The notes under the pieces are model-generated. The model ran no database searches. It was not told the DNA's origin and saw only the letters and a program-made list of their open reading frames with translations. Below are positions 35,197 through 46,634 of a DNA stretch of 64,000 bases, piece by piece. The position numbers and the translations under genes are program-made. Numbering within the stretch: the stretch's first letter is position 1; each line of letters starts with the position of its first letter. Origin of the DNA: Leptospirales bacterium (GTDB lineage Bacteria; Spirochaetota; Leptospiria; Turneriellales; JAOUFE01); contig JBEQLE010000005.1 in NCBI GenBank assembly GCA_040326155.1, forward strand, positions 27,041 to 91,040. Direction: 5' to 3'.

Positions 35197-35859
35197 ATGT
35201 CTGAAAATAGTGAAAATACACCAAAAGCAAATACAGAAGAAATAGAAAACGATAACATCTCCTTTGAACCTGGTCTGCCGAAAGATATCGAAGATTCAGA
35301 AAACCTGGAAGCCGAAAGTGCAACTTCGCAAACTGATGAAACTGTAGAAGCCGAGCAGAGTGAAGATACGCCCGAAGAGATGATTGAAGATTTAAAAGAA
35401 GAACTTCACGCTCTTACATCGACTTTACAGCGGGAAAGGGCAGACTTTGTTAATTTTCGAAGACGTTCGCAAGCTGAAAAAGAAGAAGCAAATTCAATTG
35501 CTTTACGGGTAATTTTACAAGAAATGTTACCTGCTATGGATGCTTTTGACCAACTGTTTTCGGTGAAAATAGATGAAAATCACAATATCGATCAATTTAT
35601 GGATGGGGTAAAACTGATTCGTAAGCAACTTTGGCAATCGTTCTCAAATCTCGGTGTGGAAGAGCTTGATCCTGCTGGAAAAGAGTTTGATCCAAATGAA
35701 ATGGAAGCGTTGAGTGTAGATGAATCTTCTGAGGTAGAACATGAAGTGGTAGACAAAGTTTATCAGAAAGGGTATACCATAAGCGGAAAGGTTCTGCGAG
35801 CGGCTAGAGTAGGAGTGCATAAACCTGCTGCCAAAGAGAAAAAAGAAGATGCAAATTAG
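35197..35859 (+). CDS. grpE: Nucleotide exchange factor GrpE
   Basis: RADFVNFRRR, FDPNEMEA, KGY...VLRAARV. Confidence 0.97.
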   Translation: MSENSENTPKANTEEIENDNISFEPGLPKDIEDSENLEAESATSQTDETVEAEQSEDTPEEMIEDLKEELHALTSTLQRERADFVNFRRRSQAEKEEANSIALRVILQEMLPAMDAFDQLFSVKIDENHNIDQFMDGVKLIRKQLWQSFSNLGVEELDPAGKEFDPNEMEALSVDESSEVEHEVVDKVYQKGYTISGKVLRAARVGVHKPAAKEKKEDAN

Positions 35860-35883
35860 AATTAATATTAAGGAGAAATCAAT

Positions 35884-37830
35884 ATGTCTAAGGAAAAAGT
35901 AATTGGAATAGATCTTGGCACAACGAATTCATGTGTTGCGGTCATGGAAGGTGGCGAACCTGTTGTCGTTCCCAACTCGGAAGGTGGTAGAACAACTCCT
36001 TCTGTTGTAGCATTCACTGAAAAAGGGGAAGTTCTGGTAGGCCAAACAGCCAAAAACCAGATGATTACAAACCCCGTGAATACAATTCGCTCAGCAAAAC
36101 GGTTTGTTGGTCGCAAATTCAGCGAAGTAAGCCAGGAAATACGACTTGTACCCTATACTTTAAAAGATAGTACGAATCATTCTATAGTTATTGAAACCAG
36201 AGAGAAAGATTATCGCCCCGAAGAGATCTCCGCTCGTGTTTTACAAAAAATGAAACAAACAGCAGAAGATTACCTGGGTTATGATGTAGATAAAGCTGTT
36301 GTTACGGTTCCAGCTTATTTTAACGACGAACAAAGACAGGCAACTAAAGACGCTGGAAAAATAGCAGGTCTTGACGTACTTCGTATTATAAACGAGCCCA
36401 CTGCGGCGGCCCTGGCCTATGGTTTAGACCAGAAAAATAAAAGTGAGATGATCGCTGTATTTGACCTGGGCGGTGGTACCTTTGATATTTCTATTTTAGA
36501 GCTGGCCGATAATGTCTTTGAAGTAAAATCAACTTCAGGCGATACCCATCTTGGTGGCGACGATTTTGACCAGGTGATTATGGATTGGTTGGTCGAAGAA
36601 TTTAAAAAAGAGACCAGTATCGATGTTGGCAAAGATAAAATGGCCCAGCAACGGTTGAAAGAGGCTGCAGAAAAAGCAAAAATTGAATTATCAAATAAAG
36701 AGACTTCGGATATAAATATTCCATTTATTACAGCTGACTCATCGGGCCCCAGACACTTGAATATGAACCTGACAAGGGCGAAATTTAACCAGTTGACTAG
36801 TCACCTGGTTGAAAAAACATTAGGACCTTGCAAAACGGCTCTTAAAGACGCCGGTCTAAACGCGAGTGATATTGATGAAATTATTTTAGTCGGTGGTTCT
36901 ACCAGAATTCCAGCGGTACACGATAAAGTAAAAGAGCTGTTTTCTAAAGAGCCAAATAAAAGTGTTAACCCGGATGAAGCCGTAGCTATTGGGGCGGCCA
37001 TTCAAGGTGGCGTTTTAGCTGGCGAGGTTCACGATGTATTATTACTCGATGTAACTCCACTTTCACTCGGTATTGAAACTCTTGGCGGTGTAATGACAAA
37101 AATTATACCACGAAATACTACAATACCGACCAAAAAATCGGAAATATTTTCTACTGCGGCAGATAACCAGACCTCGGTTGAAATTCATGTACTGCAAGGC
37201 GAACGTGAACTTGCTAGAGATAACCGTACACTGGGTAAATTTCATCTGTCTGAGATACCCGGATCGCCCAGGGGAGTTCCTCAAATTGAGGTGAGCTTCG
37301 ATATTGATGCCAACGGTATTGCTCATGTACACGCAAAAGATTTAAAGACCAATAAAGAGCAAAAAATAAAAATTGAATCATCCAGTGGTCTTAATGAAGA
37401 CGAAATTGATCAAATGGTAAAAGATGCAGAGACCCATGCTGATGAAGACAAAGCAGCGGCAGAATCAGCAAAAGAATTTAATGAACTTGACCAAATGATT
37501 TATACTGTGGAAAAAGCTATGAACGAAGCTAAAACATTGGACGATGTCATTAAAAAAGAGGTGGATGATGCTCTTAATGATGCTCGTACCACTTTAGCGG
37601 GTCGCGATGTTGAAAAAATGAAAGCGGCTAAAACTACTTTGGGCGAAGTTATGCAAAAACATAGCACAGCGTTTCAACCATCCGAAGCTACAGCCGATGA
37701 ACCTGCGGGTGAAGCCGAAGGCGAAGCGGAAGCTGAACCAAAGAATGAAGAAAAAATTGTAGATGCTGAAGTTGTTGAAGATGAAGATGAAACTGAAACT
37801 GAAGCAGAAACAGAAAATAAGAAGAAATAA
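35884..37830 (+). CDS. dnaK: Chaperone DnaK
   Basis: [20 protein letters not shown], canonical Hsp70. Confidence 0.99.
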   Translation: MSKEKVIGIDLGTTNSCVAVMEGGEPVVVPNSEGGRTTPSVVAFTEKGEVLVGQTAKNQMITNPVNTIRSAKRFVGRKFSEVSQEIRLVPYTLKDSTNHSIVIETREKDYRPEEISARVLQKMKQTAEDYLGYDVDKAVVTVPAYFNDEQRQATKDAGKIAGLDVLRIINEPTAAALAYGLDQKNKSEMIAVFDLGGGTFDISILELADNVFEVKSTSGDTHLGGDDFDQVIMDWLVEEFKKETSIDVGKDKMAQQRLKEAAEKAKIELSNKETSDINIPFITADSSGPRHLNMNLTRAKFNQLTSHLVEKTLGPCKTALKDAGLNASDIDEIILVGGSTRIPAVHDKVKELFSKEPNKSVNPDEAVAIGAAIQGGVLAGEVHDVLLLDVTPLSLGIETLGGVMTKIIPRNTTIPTKKSEIFSTAADNQTSVEIHVLQGERELARDNRTLGKFHLSEIPGSPRGVPQIEVSFDIDANGIAHVHAKDLKTNKEQKIKIESSSGLNEDEIDQMVKDAETHADEDKAAAESAKEFNELDQMIYTVEKAMNEAKTLDDVIKKEVDDALNDARTTLAGRDVEKMKAAKTTLGEVMQKHSTAFQPSEATADEPAGEAEGEAEAEPKNEEKIVDAEVVEDEDETETEAETENKKK

Positions 37831-37847
37831 TAAACAGGAGTTTTGTA

Positions 37848-38978
37848 GTGGCCGATAAAAGGGATTATTATGAAATACTCGGAGTGTCTCGCTCGGCCAC
37901 TCTTGAAGAAGTTAAAAAGGCTTATAGAAAACTGGCCTTGAAGTTTCACCCCGATAAAAACAAAGGTGACCAAGGGGCTGAAGATAAATTTAAAGAAGCG
38001 ACCGAAGCTTATGAAGTTCTTCGTGATGAGAAGAAAAGACAGCTTTACGATCAGTATGGCCATGCCGGGGTTTCGAGCTCAGGCGGCGGTGACGGTTTTG
38101 GTCAGGGCGCCTATAGTGATTTTTCCGATATTTTTCAAGGCTCTACTTTTGAAGATCTGTTTGAAAACATTTTTTCAGGTATGGGCGGCTTCGGCGGACG
38201 AGGCGGCGGTGGAGGTCGAGGTGGAGCCAGACGCGGTTCTGACTTACGATATAATCTTGAAATTTCTTTAGCCGATGTCTACCATGGCAAAGAAGTTAAA
38301 ATACAGATTCCACGAGATGAACATTGTGAAAAATGTAACGGAACTGGTTCAGCTGACGGAAAGCTCGATGTATGTAATACATGCGCAGGTTCCGGGCAGA
38401 TCAGACGTAGTTCTGGATTTTTCTCTGTTGCATCGACTTGTACGACTTGTGGTGGTAGCGGTACAGCTGTTCGAAATCCATGCCATGCATGCCATAGCAC
38501 GGGATTGATTCAAAAGAAAAGGACTATAAGTATTCGTATTCCTCAGGGTATTGAGTCGGGAACCCGACTGAAAGTTTCTGGTGAAGGCGAGGCCGGCCCG
38601 AAAGGCGGTCCCTTTGGTGATCTATATGTAGTCGTTCAAGTTCAAAGAGAAGCAGATTATGAACGAGAAGGGCCAGACCTTTCTTCTTCTCTTGAAATTC
38701 CCGTTACAATGGCAATTTTAGGCGGCGAAGCTGAAATAGAGACTATTTCTGGAAAATCAGTAAAACTGAAAATTCCAGCCGGCACCCAGCCCTCGACTAT
38801 TTTTCGAGTTCGTGGTAAGGGTTTACCCTATATGGGTGGACACGGTCGTTTTGGTGATCTAATGGTAGAAGCGATTGTTCATATTCCTAAATCTGTAAAT
38901 GCAAAAGCAAAACAGATTGTGAAAGACCTCGAAGGCGAGCTGGAGTCTAACTCTAGTTTTTTCGGGCGTTTTAAGTGA
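37848..38978 (+). CDS. dnaJ: Chaperone DnaJ
   Basis: J domain with HPD, G/F region, four CxxCxGxG-type repeats. Confidence 0.99.
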   Translation: MADKRDYYEILGVSRSATLEEVKKAYRKLALKFHPDKNKGDQGAEDKFKEATEAYEVLRDEKKRQLYDQYGHAGVSSSGGGDGFGQGAYSDFSDIFQGSTFEDLFENIFSGMGGFGGRGGGGGRGGARRGSDLRYNLEISLADVYHGKEVKIQIPRDEHCEKCNGTGSADGKLDVCNTCAGSGQIRRSSGFFSVASTCTTCGGSGTAVRNPCHACHSTGLIQKKRTISIRIPQGIESGTRLKVSGEGEAGPKGGPFGDLYVVVQVQREADYEREGPDLSSSLEIPVTMAILGGEAEIETISGKSVKLKIPAGTQPSTIFRVRGKGLPYMGGHGRFGDLMVEAIVHIPKSVNAKAKQIVKDLEGELESNSSFFGRFK

Positions 38979-39991
38979 GCAAACCTGTGAGCGAGAATCC
39001 TATTCATAAAAATAGTAAAGATTTTCGAATGGGTGTAATCGGCATTGGCCGAATGGGGCAATACCATGTAAATGTATTGTCTGCATTAAACACTCATAAT
39101 TTGGTCGGCGTATATGACACAGATATAGAGACAGGTAAAAAAGTCTCCGAGCAATACTCCATTATAAATTTCGAAACACCCGAAAAATTGATGGAAGAGT
39201 GCGACGCTGTAACGATCGCTGTTCCTACAAATCTTCATTACGAGATGACCAAAAAGGCTCTTGGAAAAGGTTGTCATGTTTTAATTGAAAAACCGATTAC
39301 GGAATCTATTGAGCAGGCCAAAGAACTGATCGATATGGCGCGCGCCACAAATAAAGTTCTACAGGTTGGTCATGTTGAAAGATTTAACGGAGCGGTTATA
39401 GAGCTACAAAAAATTGTACAAAATCCTATTCATATAGAAACAAAAAGGTTATCACCTTTTACACCAAGAATAAAAGATGTCGGCGTTGTCATGGATATGC
39501 TGATTCACGATCTTGATATTGTTATAAACCTGGTAAAATCTCCTTTAAAAAGTTTTACAGCTGTGGGAAGAAAGATTATCAGTGACCATGAAGATCTTGC
39601 GACTATAACTCTTCTTTTTGAAAGTGGGGCCATCGCAACTTTAAATGCGTCGCGAGTAAGCCAGTTAAAGCAACGGGTACTTTATGCTATGCAGGAAAAT
39701 AGTTATGTGAAACTCGATTATACCACACAAGATATAGAAATTCACAGACAGGCAAGCACCGTAAACCTGATTACTCCCGAAGAGATTCGATATTCCACAG
39801 AGTCGTTTGTAGAAAACCTTTATGTGCATAAAGATAATCCTTTAAAAAGCGAACAAGTGCATTTTTATGACTGTATCGTAAATAACGCTAAACCGCTCGT
39901 TTCAAATGACATGGATCTGGAAACACTGCGCATAACACTCGAAAGCCTGGAAATGATCATGAGTAATAAGCCTGCTTATGAAACTCCATGA
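38975..39991 (+). CDS. Gfo/Idh/MocA oxidoreductase (GnnA-like)
   Basis: [29 protein letters not shown]. Confidence 0.88.
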   Translation: MSKPVSENPIHKNSKDFRMGVIGIGRMGQYHVNVLSALNTHNLVGVYDTDIETGKKVSEQYSIINFETPEKLMEECDAVTIAVPTNLHYEMTKKALGKGCHVLIEKPITESIEQAKELIDMARATNKVLQVGHVERFNGAVIELQKIVQNPIHIETKRLSPFTPRIKDVGVVMDMLIHDLDIVINLVKSPLKSFTAVGRKIISDHEDLATITLLFESGAIATLNASRVSQLKQRVLYAMQENSYVKLDYTTQDIEIHRQASTVNLITPEEIRYSTESFVENLYVHKDNPLKSEQVHFYDCIVNNAKPLVSNDMDLETLRITLESLEMIMSNKPAYETP

Positions 39992-40214
39992 GCTGCGCGT
40001 ACCCGATGTAGGCGAAGGTCCCATTGAACTGCACGCCTGGCAAAAAGCCCCCGGCGAAGAATTTCAAGAAGACGATGAACTCTGCGACCTCGTAACCGAC
40101 AAAGCCAGCTTCTCCATAGAAGCCCCCGGCCCTGGAAAAATAATAGAAATATTAACCAAAGAAAAACAGAACGTTGCTGCGGGTGATGTAGTCGCCAAAG
40201 TGGAGCTGTATTAA
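39978..40214 (+). CDS. Stand-alone lipoyl/biotinyl carrier domain
   Basis: LRVPDVGEG, W.KAPG, LVTDKAS (lipoyl-lysine DKA motif), IEAP.PG. Confidence 0.85.
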   Translation: MKLHELRVPDVGEGPIELHAWQKAPGEEFQEDDELCDLVTDKASFSIEAPGPGKIIEILTKEKQNVAAGDVVAKVELY

Positions 40215-40228
40215 AGAGGAAGAATTGC

Positions 40229-40270
40229 AAGGAAGGCAGGAAGAAAGGAATACAGGAAAAGATAAAGAGA
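40229..40270 (+). repeat. Purine-rich dispersed repeat, copy 3
   Basis: aaggaaggcaggaagaaaggaatacaggaaaagataaagaga. Confidence 0.8.
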
Positions 40271-40356
40271 AGATAAGAGAAAATTTTTTTACTTGTTTTA
40301 AAATCGATTTGTTTTAATAATGATATTTTTATGAATCGCTGCTCAAAATCCTGATT

Positions 40357-40395
40357 TTTTTCCTTACTTCCTTATTCCCTTCCTGCTTTCCTTAT
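40357..40395 (-). repeat. Purine-rich dispersed repeat, copy 4
   Basis: Reverse complement tataaggaaagcaggaagggaataaggaagtaaggaaaa. Faces copy 3. Confidence 0.8.
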
Positions 40396-40412
40396 AAAGT
40401 CCCCCTTCCTCA

Positions 40413-41519
40413 TTAAACAGAAACCGAATCTTCAGCAGAATTCAAAAATATAATTTCGGGCGTTTCGATGCCGTTGAAATCGGTTGAGTATACAGTCGTG
40501 TATGCGCCGGCGCCTGAAAAATAGAGGGTGTCATTTAGTTTCGGGGAAGGCAGGAAGGCTTTGAACATTTTGTCTGCTGAGTCGCAACTAGGTCCGCAGA
40601 GCATAACCTCTTCAAGTTCACCTGAACCGTTCGATAAAATGGGGTAGGTAATGCCATCGATGGTTTCCATAAAGCCTGAAAAAACACCGGTATCGAGGTA
40701 GATCCATTTTTCAAGTTTATTGTCGATTTCACGCATAGCTATGCCTATAACATGTGAAACCATACTGCCTGCCGACCCGCAAATATAACGACCAGGTTCT
40801 GCGAAAAAATTTTTCAGTACAATACCCTCGTTCGCCCACGAGTCGAGTTTCTTACGAATTTCTGTACCAATACTTTCAACCGACGGAACTTCTCTACCGA
40901 GGTAGATGGGGAATCCCCCGCCAATATTAAGCGTATCGGGCTTTAAGCCAAATTCTCGCGCCATAAGTATGGCAGTTTTGGCCCGGTCCATGGCAAGGCC
41001 CCACGTTGCAAGAGATTCGCATTGTGACCCGACATGAAAGGTAATTCCTGCCAGCGGCAGGTGGTTTTTCTGCATATAGGTAAATAGCTCTTTCCAAAGA
41101 CTTTGGGATAGGCCGAATTTTCCGTTCAAGGCCCACAGGCTGCCCTGGTTTGAAACATCGATTCGTAGAATCGGTTGAATCGTTTTTTTATAAGGTAAAA
41201 ACTTTTCTGCTTCGCAAATACTGTCAAAGCTTTGGTAAACAATACCTTTTTTTACAGCCTCGGCTATTGCCTGGGCAGGTTTAACTGTATTTGAAAAGAT
41301 AATCTTTGCTGAATTGACTCCTTTTTTCAATAAAGTCTGTATTTCGCTGGATGATGCTGTTTCAAAAAAGGAACCATCGTTTTCCAATAGTTGCAAAATT
41401 CGCTCATGTGGATTTGCCTTCATTGCATACGCAATTGTAAAGCCCGGTAAGGCAGTAACTAAATCCTGGTAATTCGTGAGAACCCGGGACCCATCCATTA
41501 ATAATTTTGGCCGTTTCAT
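40413..41519 (-). CDS. Type III PLP-dependent ornithine/lysine decarboxylase
   Basis: YAMKANP, KFG, TFHVGSQ, NIGGGFP, EPGR, GPSCDSAD, GAYT...FNG. Confidence 0.92.
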   Translation of the reverse strand: MKRPKLLMDGSRVLTNYQDLVTALPGFTIAYAMKANPHERILQLLENDGSFFETASSSEIQTLLKKGVNSAKIIFSNTVKPAQAIAEAVKKGIVYQSFDSICEAEKFLPYKKTIQPILRIDVSNQGSLWALNGKFGLSQSLWKELFTYMQKNHLPLAGITFHVGSQCESLATWGLAMDRAKTAILMAREFGLKPDTLNIGGGFPIYLGREVPSVESIGTEIRKKLDSWANEGIVLKNFFAEPGRYICGSAGSMVSHVIGIAMREIDNKLEKWIYLDTGVFSGFMETIDGITYPILSNGSGELEEVMLCGPSCDSADKMFKAFLPSPKLNDTLYFSGAGAYTTVYSTDFNGIETPEIIFLNSAEDSVSV

Positions 41520-41626
41520 GTCGATACCTAGAAAACAGAAAAAGAGTGTCATGATGTAAAGTAAATATTGTAAAAAATAATTGTAAAGCTATCTAAGAAA
41601 AAGATCGTATCGACCGGACGTAAAGC

Positions 41627-43048
41627 ATGAATTCTGTACAAGATGAAATTGAAATATTAATAAAAAAGAAAAAGTTTATTCATATAATTGGCGGCGGCGG
41701 GGTTGGTATGAGCGCTCTTGGCATGCTCGTTTTGCATATGGGTTACAACGTCAGCGCTTCGGACAAAAACAGCGGACCTTATCTGGAAAAGTTTGCCGAA
41801 AAAGGGGGAAGGGTCTGGACCGGGTCTTCGCCCGAGCAAATAGACAAGAACTCTGTAATTTTTTACAGCAGCGCCATACCCGAAACTGACCCAGAACGTG
41901 TCTGGGCGCGTGAAAACTCTGTTAAACAATTTTCACGTCACTCTTTACTTGGTTTTATTACCCGAAAATATTATACCATTTCAGTTTCCGGAACGCATGG
42001 AAAAACGACGACTACCGCCTGGCTTGGTTACTTGCTGGAGGCTGCCGGTCTGGACCCTACCGTTTTGGCCGGGGGTACAATGAAAAACTGGAATACAAAT
42101 TTGAAAATTGGCGAAGGCAAATACAATAAAAAACCTCTACTGGTAATTGAGGCCGATGAATCTGACGAGAGCTTTTTATATATAGATACAGACGAACTGT
42201 TAATTACGAACATTGAACTTGACCATGTTGATCATTACAACCGGGATACACAGTTGCGCGAAAAGTTTTCTTATGCCATAGAAGGTGTTTCCAGAAAAGG
42301 GGGAGTGGTTATTCCTTCTCTGGAGCTATACGAAAAAGAAAAGAGCAATTTTGAATTTTCACCAGCGGCAATCGAGAATATAAAATCTATGAAAGTAAAT
42401 GGTTTAGAAAATTCGATTTCAATGCAAAAACATGGCGATGCCGATTTAAAAAATTATACAGTGGGACTTCCCGGAGTGCATAATGTATGGAACGCCTCCG
42501 CGGTGCTTTGTTATGCAAAACTTCATAATATAAAAGACGAACCGGTCGTAAAAACTCTATACGATTTTGAAGGAGTTGGCCGCCGCATGGATGTTCTTTT
42601 TACAGGAAAAAATAGTTCAGGGGCGAGTGTTCAAATAATTGACGACTATGCTCATCATCCGACAGAAGTTACCGCTGTTTTAAAAACCCTTTCTACCCGT
42701 AGTAAGAACATTGTACCCATCTGGGAACCACACCGAATTTCCAGGTTTTTACATTTTGAAGATGATTTTCGAAAAAGTTTTTCAGAGTTTATCGATATTT
42801 CAAAAATGTACTTGCTGCCACTTTTTGACGCCGGGGGCGAGTTTGCTGGTGGCAAATTTACAGATCGTATGGTTCATTTTGATAAATGGAAAACAGAGTG
42901 CTCTAGTTTTCTCGATGAAAATAATTTTACAGAGATGTTTTTATCTGCGCTCGAATCAGCTGTAGAAAATACAGTTTTTATATTTTTAGGGGCCGGCAAT
43001 TCAAGTGAGTATGCTCATTTGGCGGCGAAACTGGCTAACAGGAAATAA
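41627..43048 (+). CDS. murC: UDP-N-acetylmuramate--L-alanine ligase
   Basis: GGVGMSAL, GTHGKTTT, EADESD, NIELDHVD, DDYAHHPTE. Confidence 0.93.
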   Translation: MNSVQDEIEILIKKKKFIHIIGGGGVGMSALGMLVLHMGYNVSASDKNSGPYLEKFAEKGGRVWTGSSPEQIDKNSVIFYSSAIPETDPERVWARENSVKQFSRHSLLGFITRKYYTISVSGTHGKTTTTAWLGYLLEAAGLDPTVLAGGTMKNWNTNLKIGEGKYNKKPLLVIEADESDESFLYIDTDELLITNIELDHVDHYNRDTQLREKFSYAIEGVSRKGGVVIPSLELYEKEKSNFEFSPAAIENIKSMKVNGLENSISMQKHGDADLKNYTVGLPGVHNVWNASAVLCYAKLHNIKDEPVVKTLYDFEGVGRRMDVLFTGKNSSGASVQIIDDYAHHPTEVTAVLKTLSTRSKNIVPIWEPHRISRFLHFEDDFRKSFSEFIDISKMYLLPLFDAGGEFAGGKFTDRMVHFDKWKTECSSFLDENNFTEMFLSALESAVENTVFIFLGAGNSSEYAHLAAKLANRK

Positions 43049-43056
43049 ACATCGGC

Positions 43057-45141
43057 ATGAAAACAAAAATGAAAGAATTTCCAAGCGAACCGGGGAGTTA
43101 TAAAAAAGACGATTATAACGATCTTGTCGAGGCTTTGCAGTTACACGGAACCAGGTATTATACACAAGATGACCCTATTATTTCGGACAGTGAATATGAC
43201 GATCTGAATCGTCTGTTGCTAAAAGTCGAAGAAGAGCACTCTGCCTGGACGCGCGCCGATTCGCCTTCTCGAAAAGTTGGGGGAGAAATTATTAAGAATT
43301 TTCCATCTGCTATGCATGAGCCACCAATGTTGAGTCTTGATAATTGTCTGAATCAAGATGAATTATACGATTTTGAAAAACGTCTGAAAAAACAACTTAC
43401 CGGCATGGGGATTGAAGAAACAGAACTCGAACAGATTCAATATCATGGGGAGCTGAAATACGACGGGCTGGCTGTAGAACTGGTGTATGAAAATGGATTG
43501 CTGGTAACGGGTTCTACCAGAGGCGATGGTACAACAGGTGAAGAGATTACACATAATATACGCACGGTTAATAATGTCCCGCTACGCTTGATGTTGGCGC
43601 ACCCCCCATCTTTTGTCAGTATTCGCGGAGAGGTTGTAATGACCATTGCCTCTTTTGAACGCTTGAATAAAGAACTTGTAGAAAATGATAAAAAAGTTTT
43701 TGCCAACCCCCGTAACGCGGCGGCCGGTTCCCTACGGCAGCAAAATTCAGCAATTACAGCTCAAAGAGATCTAATGTTTTTACCATATTCTGTTGGTCGG
43801 GTGGAAGAGACAAAGGCGTCGCAGAAAGGTAATTCTTGCCCGGTGGAGCAAAGTAAAATTCATCTGGAATATTTGTCTGCAGCTGGCTTTGGCATTTCAG
43901 AACTGAACCGACAGGGTCCCATAAATATAATGGTAGAATTATACGAGCATTTGTATGAAACTCGCGCGGACCTGGAATTTGACATTGATGGTTTAGTTAT
44001 TAAAAGTGATCGTACCGACTGGTGGGACGTCGCCGGAGCTACCGCGAAATCACCGCGCTATGCAATCGCCTGGAAGTTTCCAGCGAAATCGGCGATTACC
44101 GAACTGGAAGAAGTCTCTTTTCAAGTGGGCAGAACCGGTGTCATTACTCCAGTTGGACATTTAAAACCGGTAAATATTGGCGGGGTTATGGTAAAAAGGG
44201 TGACCCTGCACAATGCTAATGAAGTGGAAAGACTTGGCCTTAGGTTGAACGACACGGTTGAAGTAATTCGCGCCGGAGATGTAATTCCAAAAGTAGAAAA
44301 AGTAATTCACAGCGATTCTAAAAAATCGCGACCCATACTATTTCCTGAACTTTGTCCGGCTTGTTATCATAAAGTTATTCGGGAAGATGTATTTAATCGT
44401 TGTACAAATAAAAAATGCAAGGGACAACTTCTTGCCTCTTTAAAATACTTTGTATCGAAATCTGGTTTAGACATTGATGGGTTTGGAGTCGAATGGATAG
44501 AAAAACTTTTTGATCTAAAAATAATTTCAGACATGGCCGATATCTTTTTACTGGACGAAAACAAGTTACAGGATATTCCCGGCATGGCTGACATTTCGAG
44601 AAAGAATCTGCTCGATGCCGTACAAACCCGTGTTAAAGTTCCTTTTGATATATTTTTACGTTCGCTTGGAATTATTAACGTTGGAACGCGTATTGCCGAG
44701 GTTCTGGCAGAGTCGTTTACAGATTTAAACGAACTTACCGCCGCAGACGAAGAGAGTCTGGAGGCCATACATGAAATTGGTCCCTCCATTGCTCACTCTG
44801 TTGTACTTTATTTTAAAAATAATAAAGAATTAATTCATAAACTATTTAATGCCGGTTTTACTATTGAATATCTGGAAAAAAAGGCGGAAGACAAAGGAGT
44901 ATTCGCAGGTAAAACTATTGTGTTTACGGGAACCCTGGTTCAAATGACACGAGAGGAAGCGCAGGTGTTGGCAAAAAAGAGCGGGGCAAGGGCGACCGGT
45001 TCTGTCAGTAAGTCGACGAATTATGTAGTGGCTGGTGAAAGCGCTGGTAGCAAACTCGATAAAGCGAATAAGCTTGGTGTAGAAGTGTTAACCGAACAAG
45101 AGTTTTTAAACTTACTTAAAAAAACCGGTGGCGTAGAGTAG
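43057..45141 (+). CDS. ligA: NAD-dependent DNA ligase
   Basis: KYDGLA, TRGDG, NPRNAAAGSLRQ, DGLVIK, C4 zinc finger, BRCT domain. Confidence 0.98.
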   Translation: MKTKMKEFPSEPGSYKKDDYNDLVEALQLHGTRYYTQDDPIISDSEYDDLNRLLLKVEEEHSAWTRADSPSRKVGGEIIKNFPSAMHEPPMLSLDNCLNQDELYDFEKRLKKQLTGMGIEETELEQIQYHGELKYDGLAVELVYENGLLVTGSTRGDGTTGEEITHNIRTVNNVPLRLMLAHPPSFVSIRGEVVMTIASFERLNKELVENDKKVFANPRNAAAGSLRQQNSAITAQRDLMFLPYSVGRVEETKASQKGNSCPVEQSKIHLEYLSAAGFGISELNRQGPINIMVELYEHLYETRADLEFDIDGLVIKSDRTDWWDVAGATAKSPRYAIAWKFPAKSAITELEEVSFQVGRTGVITPVGHLKPVNIGGVMVKRVTLHNANEVERLGLRLNDTVEVIRAGDVIPKVEKVIHSDSKKSRPILFPELCPACYHKVIREDVFNRCTNKKCKGQLLASLKYFVSKSGLDIDGFGVEWIEKLFDLKIISDMADIFLLDENKLQDIPGMADISRKNLLDAVQTRVKVPFDIFLRSLGIINVGTRIAEVLAESFTDLNELTAADEESLEAIHEIGPSIAHSVVLYFKNNKELIHKLFNAGFTIEYLEKKAEDKGVFAGKTIVFTGTLVQMTREEAQVLAKKSGARATGSVSKSTNYVVAGESAGSKLDKANKLGVEVLTEQEFLNLLKKTGGVE

Positions 45142-45145
45142 TCGT

Positions 45146-46603
45146 ATGGAACCGAATTATAAAATCAATTTGGAACTTGATTTTAGCCAGGTAAAGAAAG
45201 TCTTGCTTGTGGGGGCGGGAGGTTTAACCGGGCAATGGTATTCTCGTTTGTTATTAAAGAAAGGCATTCAAGTCTATGTGTATGATCGCAATCCGCTTGT
45301 TCAATACACGGAAAATGATTTAGCCTCCGCAGAAACTTCGGGGTTTTATATTGTCACGAACGAGGAATTTGAAAATCTTAAAATTCTGGATAAGGTAGAT
45401 TCCGTGACTTTGTCTCCGGGGGTTCCTCTGGACCAACCGATTTTTTTAGAAGCCCAGGAACGAGAACTTTTTGTTTTTTCAGAATTGGAATATTGTTTTA
45501 CTTTTTTGAAAGATAAAAAATGGATAACCGTTACCGGAACAGATGGAAAAAGCACTACAGTGGCTTTGCTGGAGCATTGCGCAAAACAGCTCGATAAAAA
45601 GGGAATCGCCTGCGGAAATTTTGGCTTGTCTTTTTCTCAAATAGCATATGAACCTGAACAATATGGGCAGGTGGAATTTCTGTTTGCTGAATTGAGCTCC
45701 TACCAGTTGGAGTTAGCGAGAAATTTACAAAGCGAAGTTTCTGCGTATCTGAATTTATCGGAGGACCACCTCGATCGGTACGAAAGTCTGAGCCATTACG
45801 GCCTAGTAAAATGGAACGGTTTACGTTCCTTGAAAAAAAACGGAACCGGCATCGTCAATACCGATCTATTATCGGGCAACACTTCCATCTGGCGCGAAAA
45901 ACACCCGTGCAAATATCTTATTTCCTGTGAGAAATTTTTATCTGTAGATTGTAATAACCTGGTAAGTAAGAATTTCGCCTGGGTTCAAAATACATTGTAT
46001 CGCCACCCGAATGTAACGGATGTTTTTGCCGACATGAGACACATGAAAATTCAGGGCAGACACAACTGCGCAAATGTACTATTTGCTACTGAAATTTTAT
46101 TCGCCTTATTTGATGATGTAGAAGTCGAAAAATTTCGGAAGGCGATAGAGAGTTTTCCCGGTCTGGAGCATCGATTTGAAAAAGTCGATTCGGGCGATAG
46201 TAATATCTACATCAATGATTCCAAAGCGACGACTACCCAGGCTACAATGACGGCCCTCAAAAATGTGAATGGACCCTTGTTTGTATTCTTAGGCGGTAAA
46301 TCGAAAGGGGAAGATTACTCCGTACTAATAAAACCTCTATTGAATAAAAATGCAATTGTGTTTTTGTTTGGCAAAAACCAGAAAGAGATACAAAAAGTCT
46401 TTAAAAACAGTTCGGTAGAAATGAAAAGCATGAGTGAAACACTCGAAGACGCCTTTCATAAAGCACAACTATTTCAAACACAAGAAAAAAAGCGTAGCGT
46501 TACTTACCTTTTAGCCCCGGCTTCAACATCCTGGGACCAATATGCCTCGTTTGAAAAACGCGGAGAAGACTTTAAAAGACTGGTAAAAGAAATTTCCTTA
46601 TAA
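45146..46603 (+). CDS. murD: UDP-N-acetylmuramoyl-L-alanine--D-glutamate ligase
   Basis: SPGVP, TGTDGKST, ELSSYQL, DHLDRY, NDSKAT, SWDQYASFEKRG. Confidence 0.95.
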   Translation: MEPNYKINLELDFSQVKKVLLVGAGGLTGQWYSRLLLKKGIQVYVYDRNPLVQYTENDLASAETSGFYIVTNEEFENLKILDKVDSVTLSPGVPLDQPIFLEAQERELFVFSELEYCFTFLKDKKWITVTGTDGKSTTVALLEHCAKQLDKKGIACGNFGLSFSQIAYEPEQYGQVEFLFAELSSYQLELARNLQSEVSAYLNLSEDHLDRYESLSHYGLVKWNGLRSLKKNGTGIVNTDLLSGNTSIWREKHPCKYLISCEKFLSVDCNNLVSKNFAWVQNTLYRHPNVTDVFADMRHMKIQGRHNCANVLFATEILFALFDDVEVEKFRKAIESFPGLEHRFEKVDSGDSNIYINDSKATTTQATMTALKNVNGPLFVFLGGKSKGEDYSVLIKPLLNKNAIVFLFGKNQKEIQKVFKNSSVEMKSMSETLEDAFHKAQLFQTQEKKRSVTYLLAPASTSWDQYASFEKRGEDFKRLVKEISL

Positions 46604-46634
46604 AGAAAATAAAGAGTAACCATAAGGTATTTCA

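Noticed and set aside
37680..37830. gaagc/gaaact repeats at the end of dnaK
   Set aside because: They simply encode the acidic low-complexity DnaK tail.
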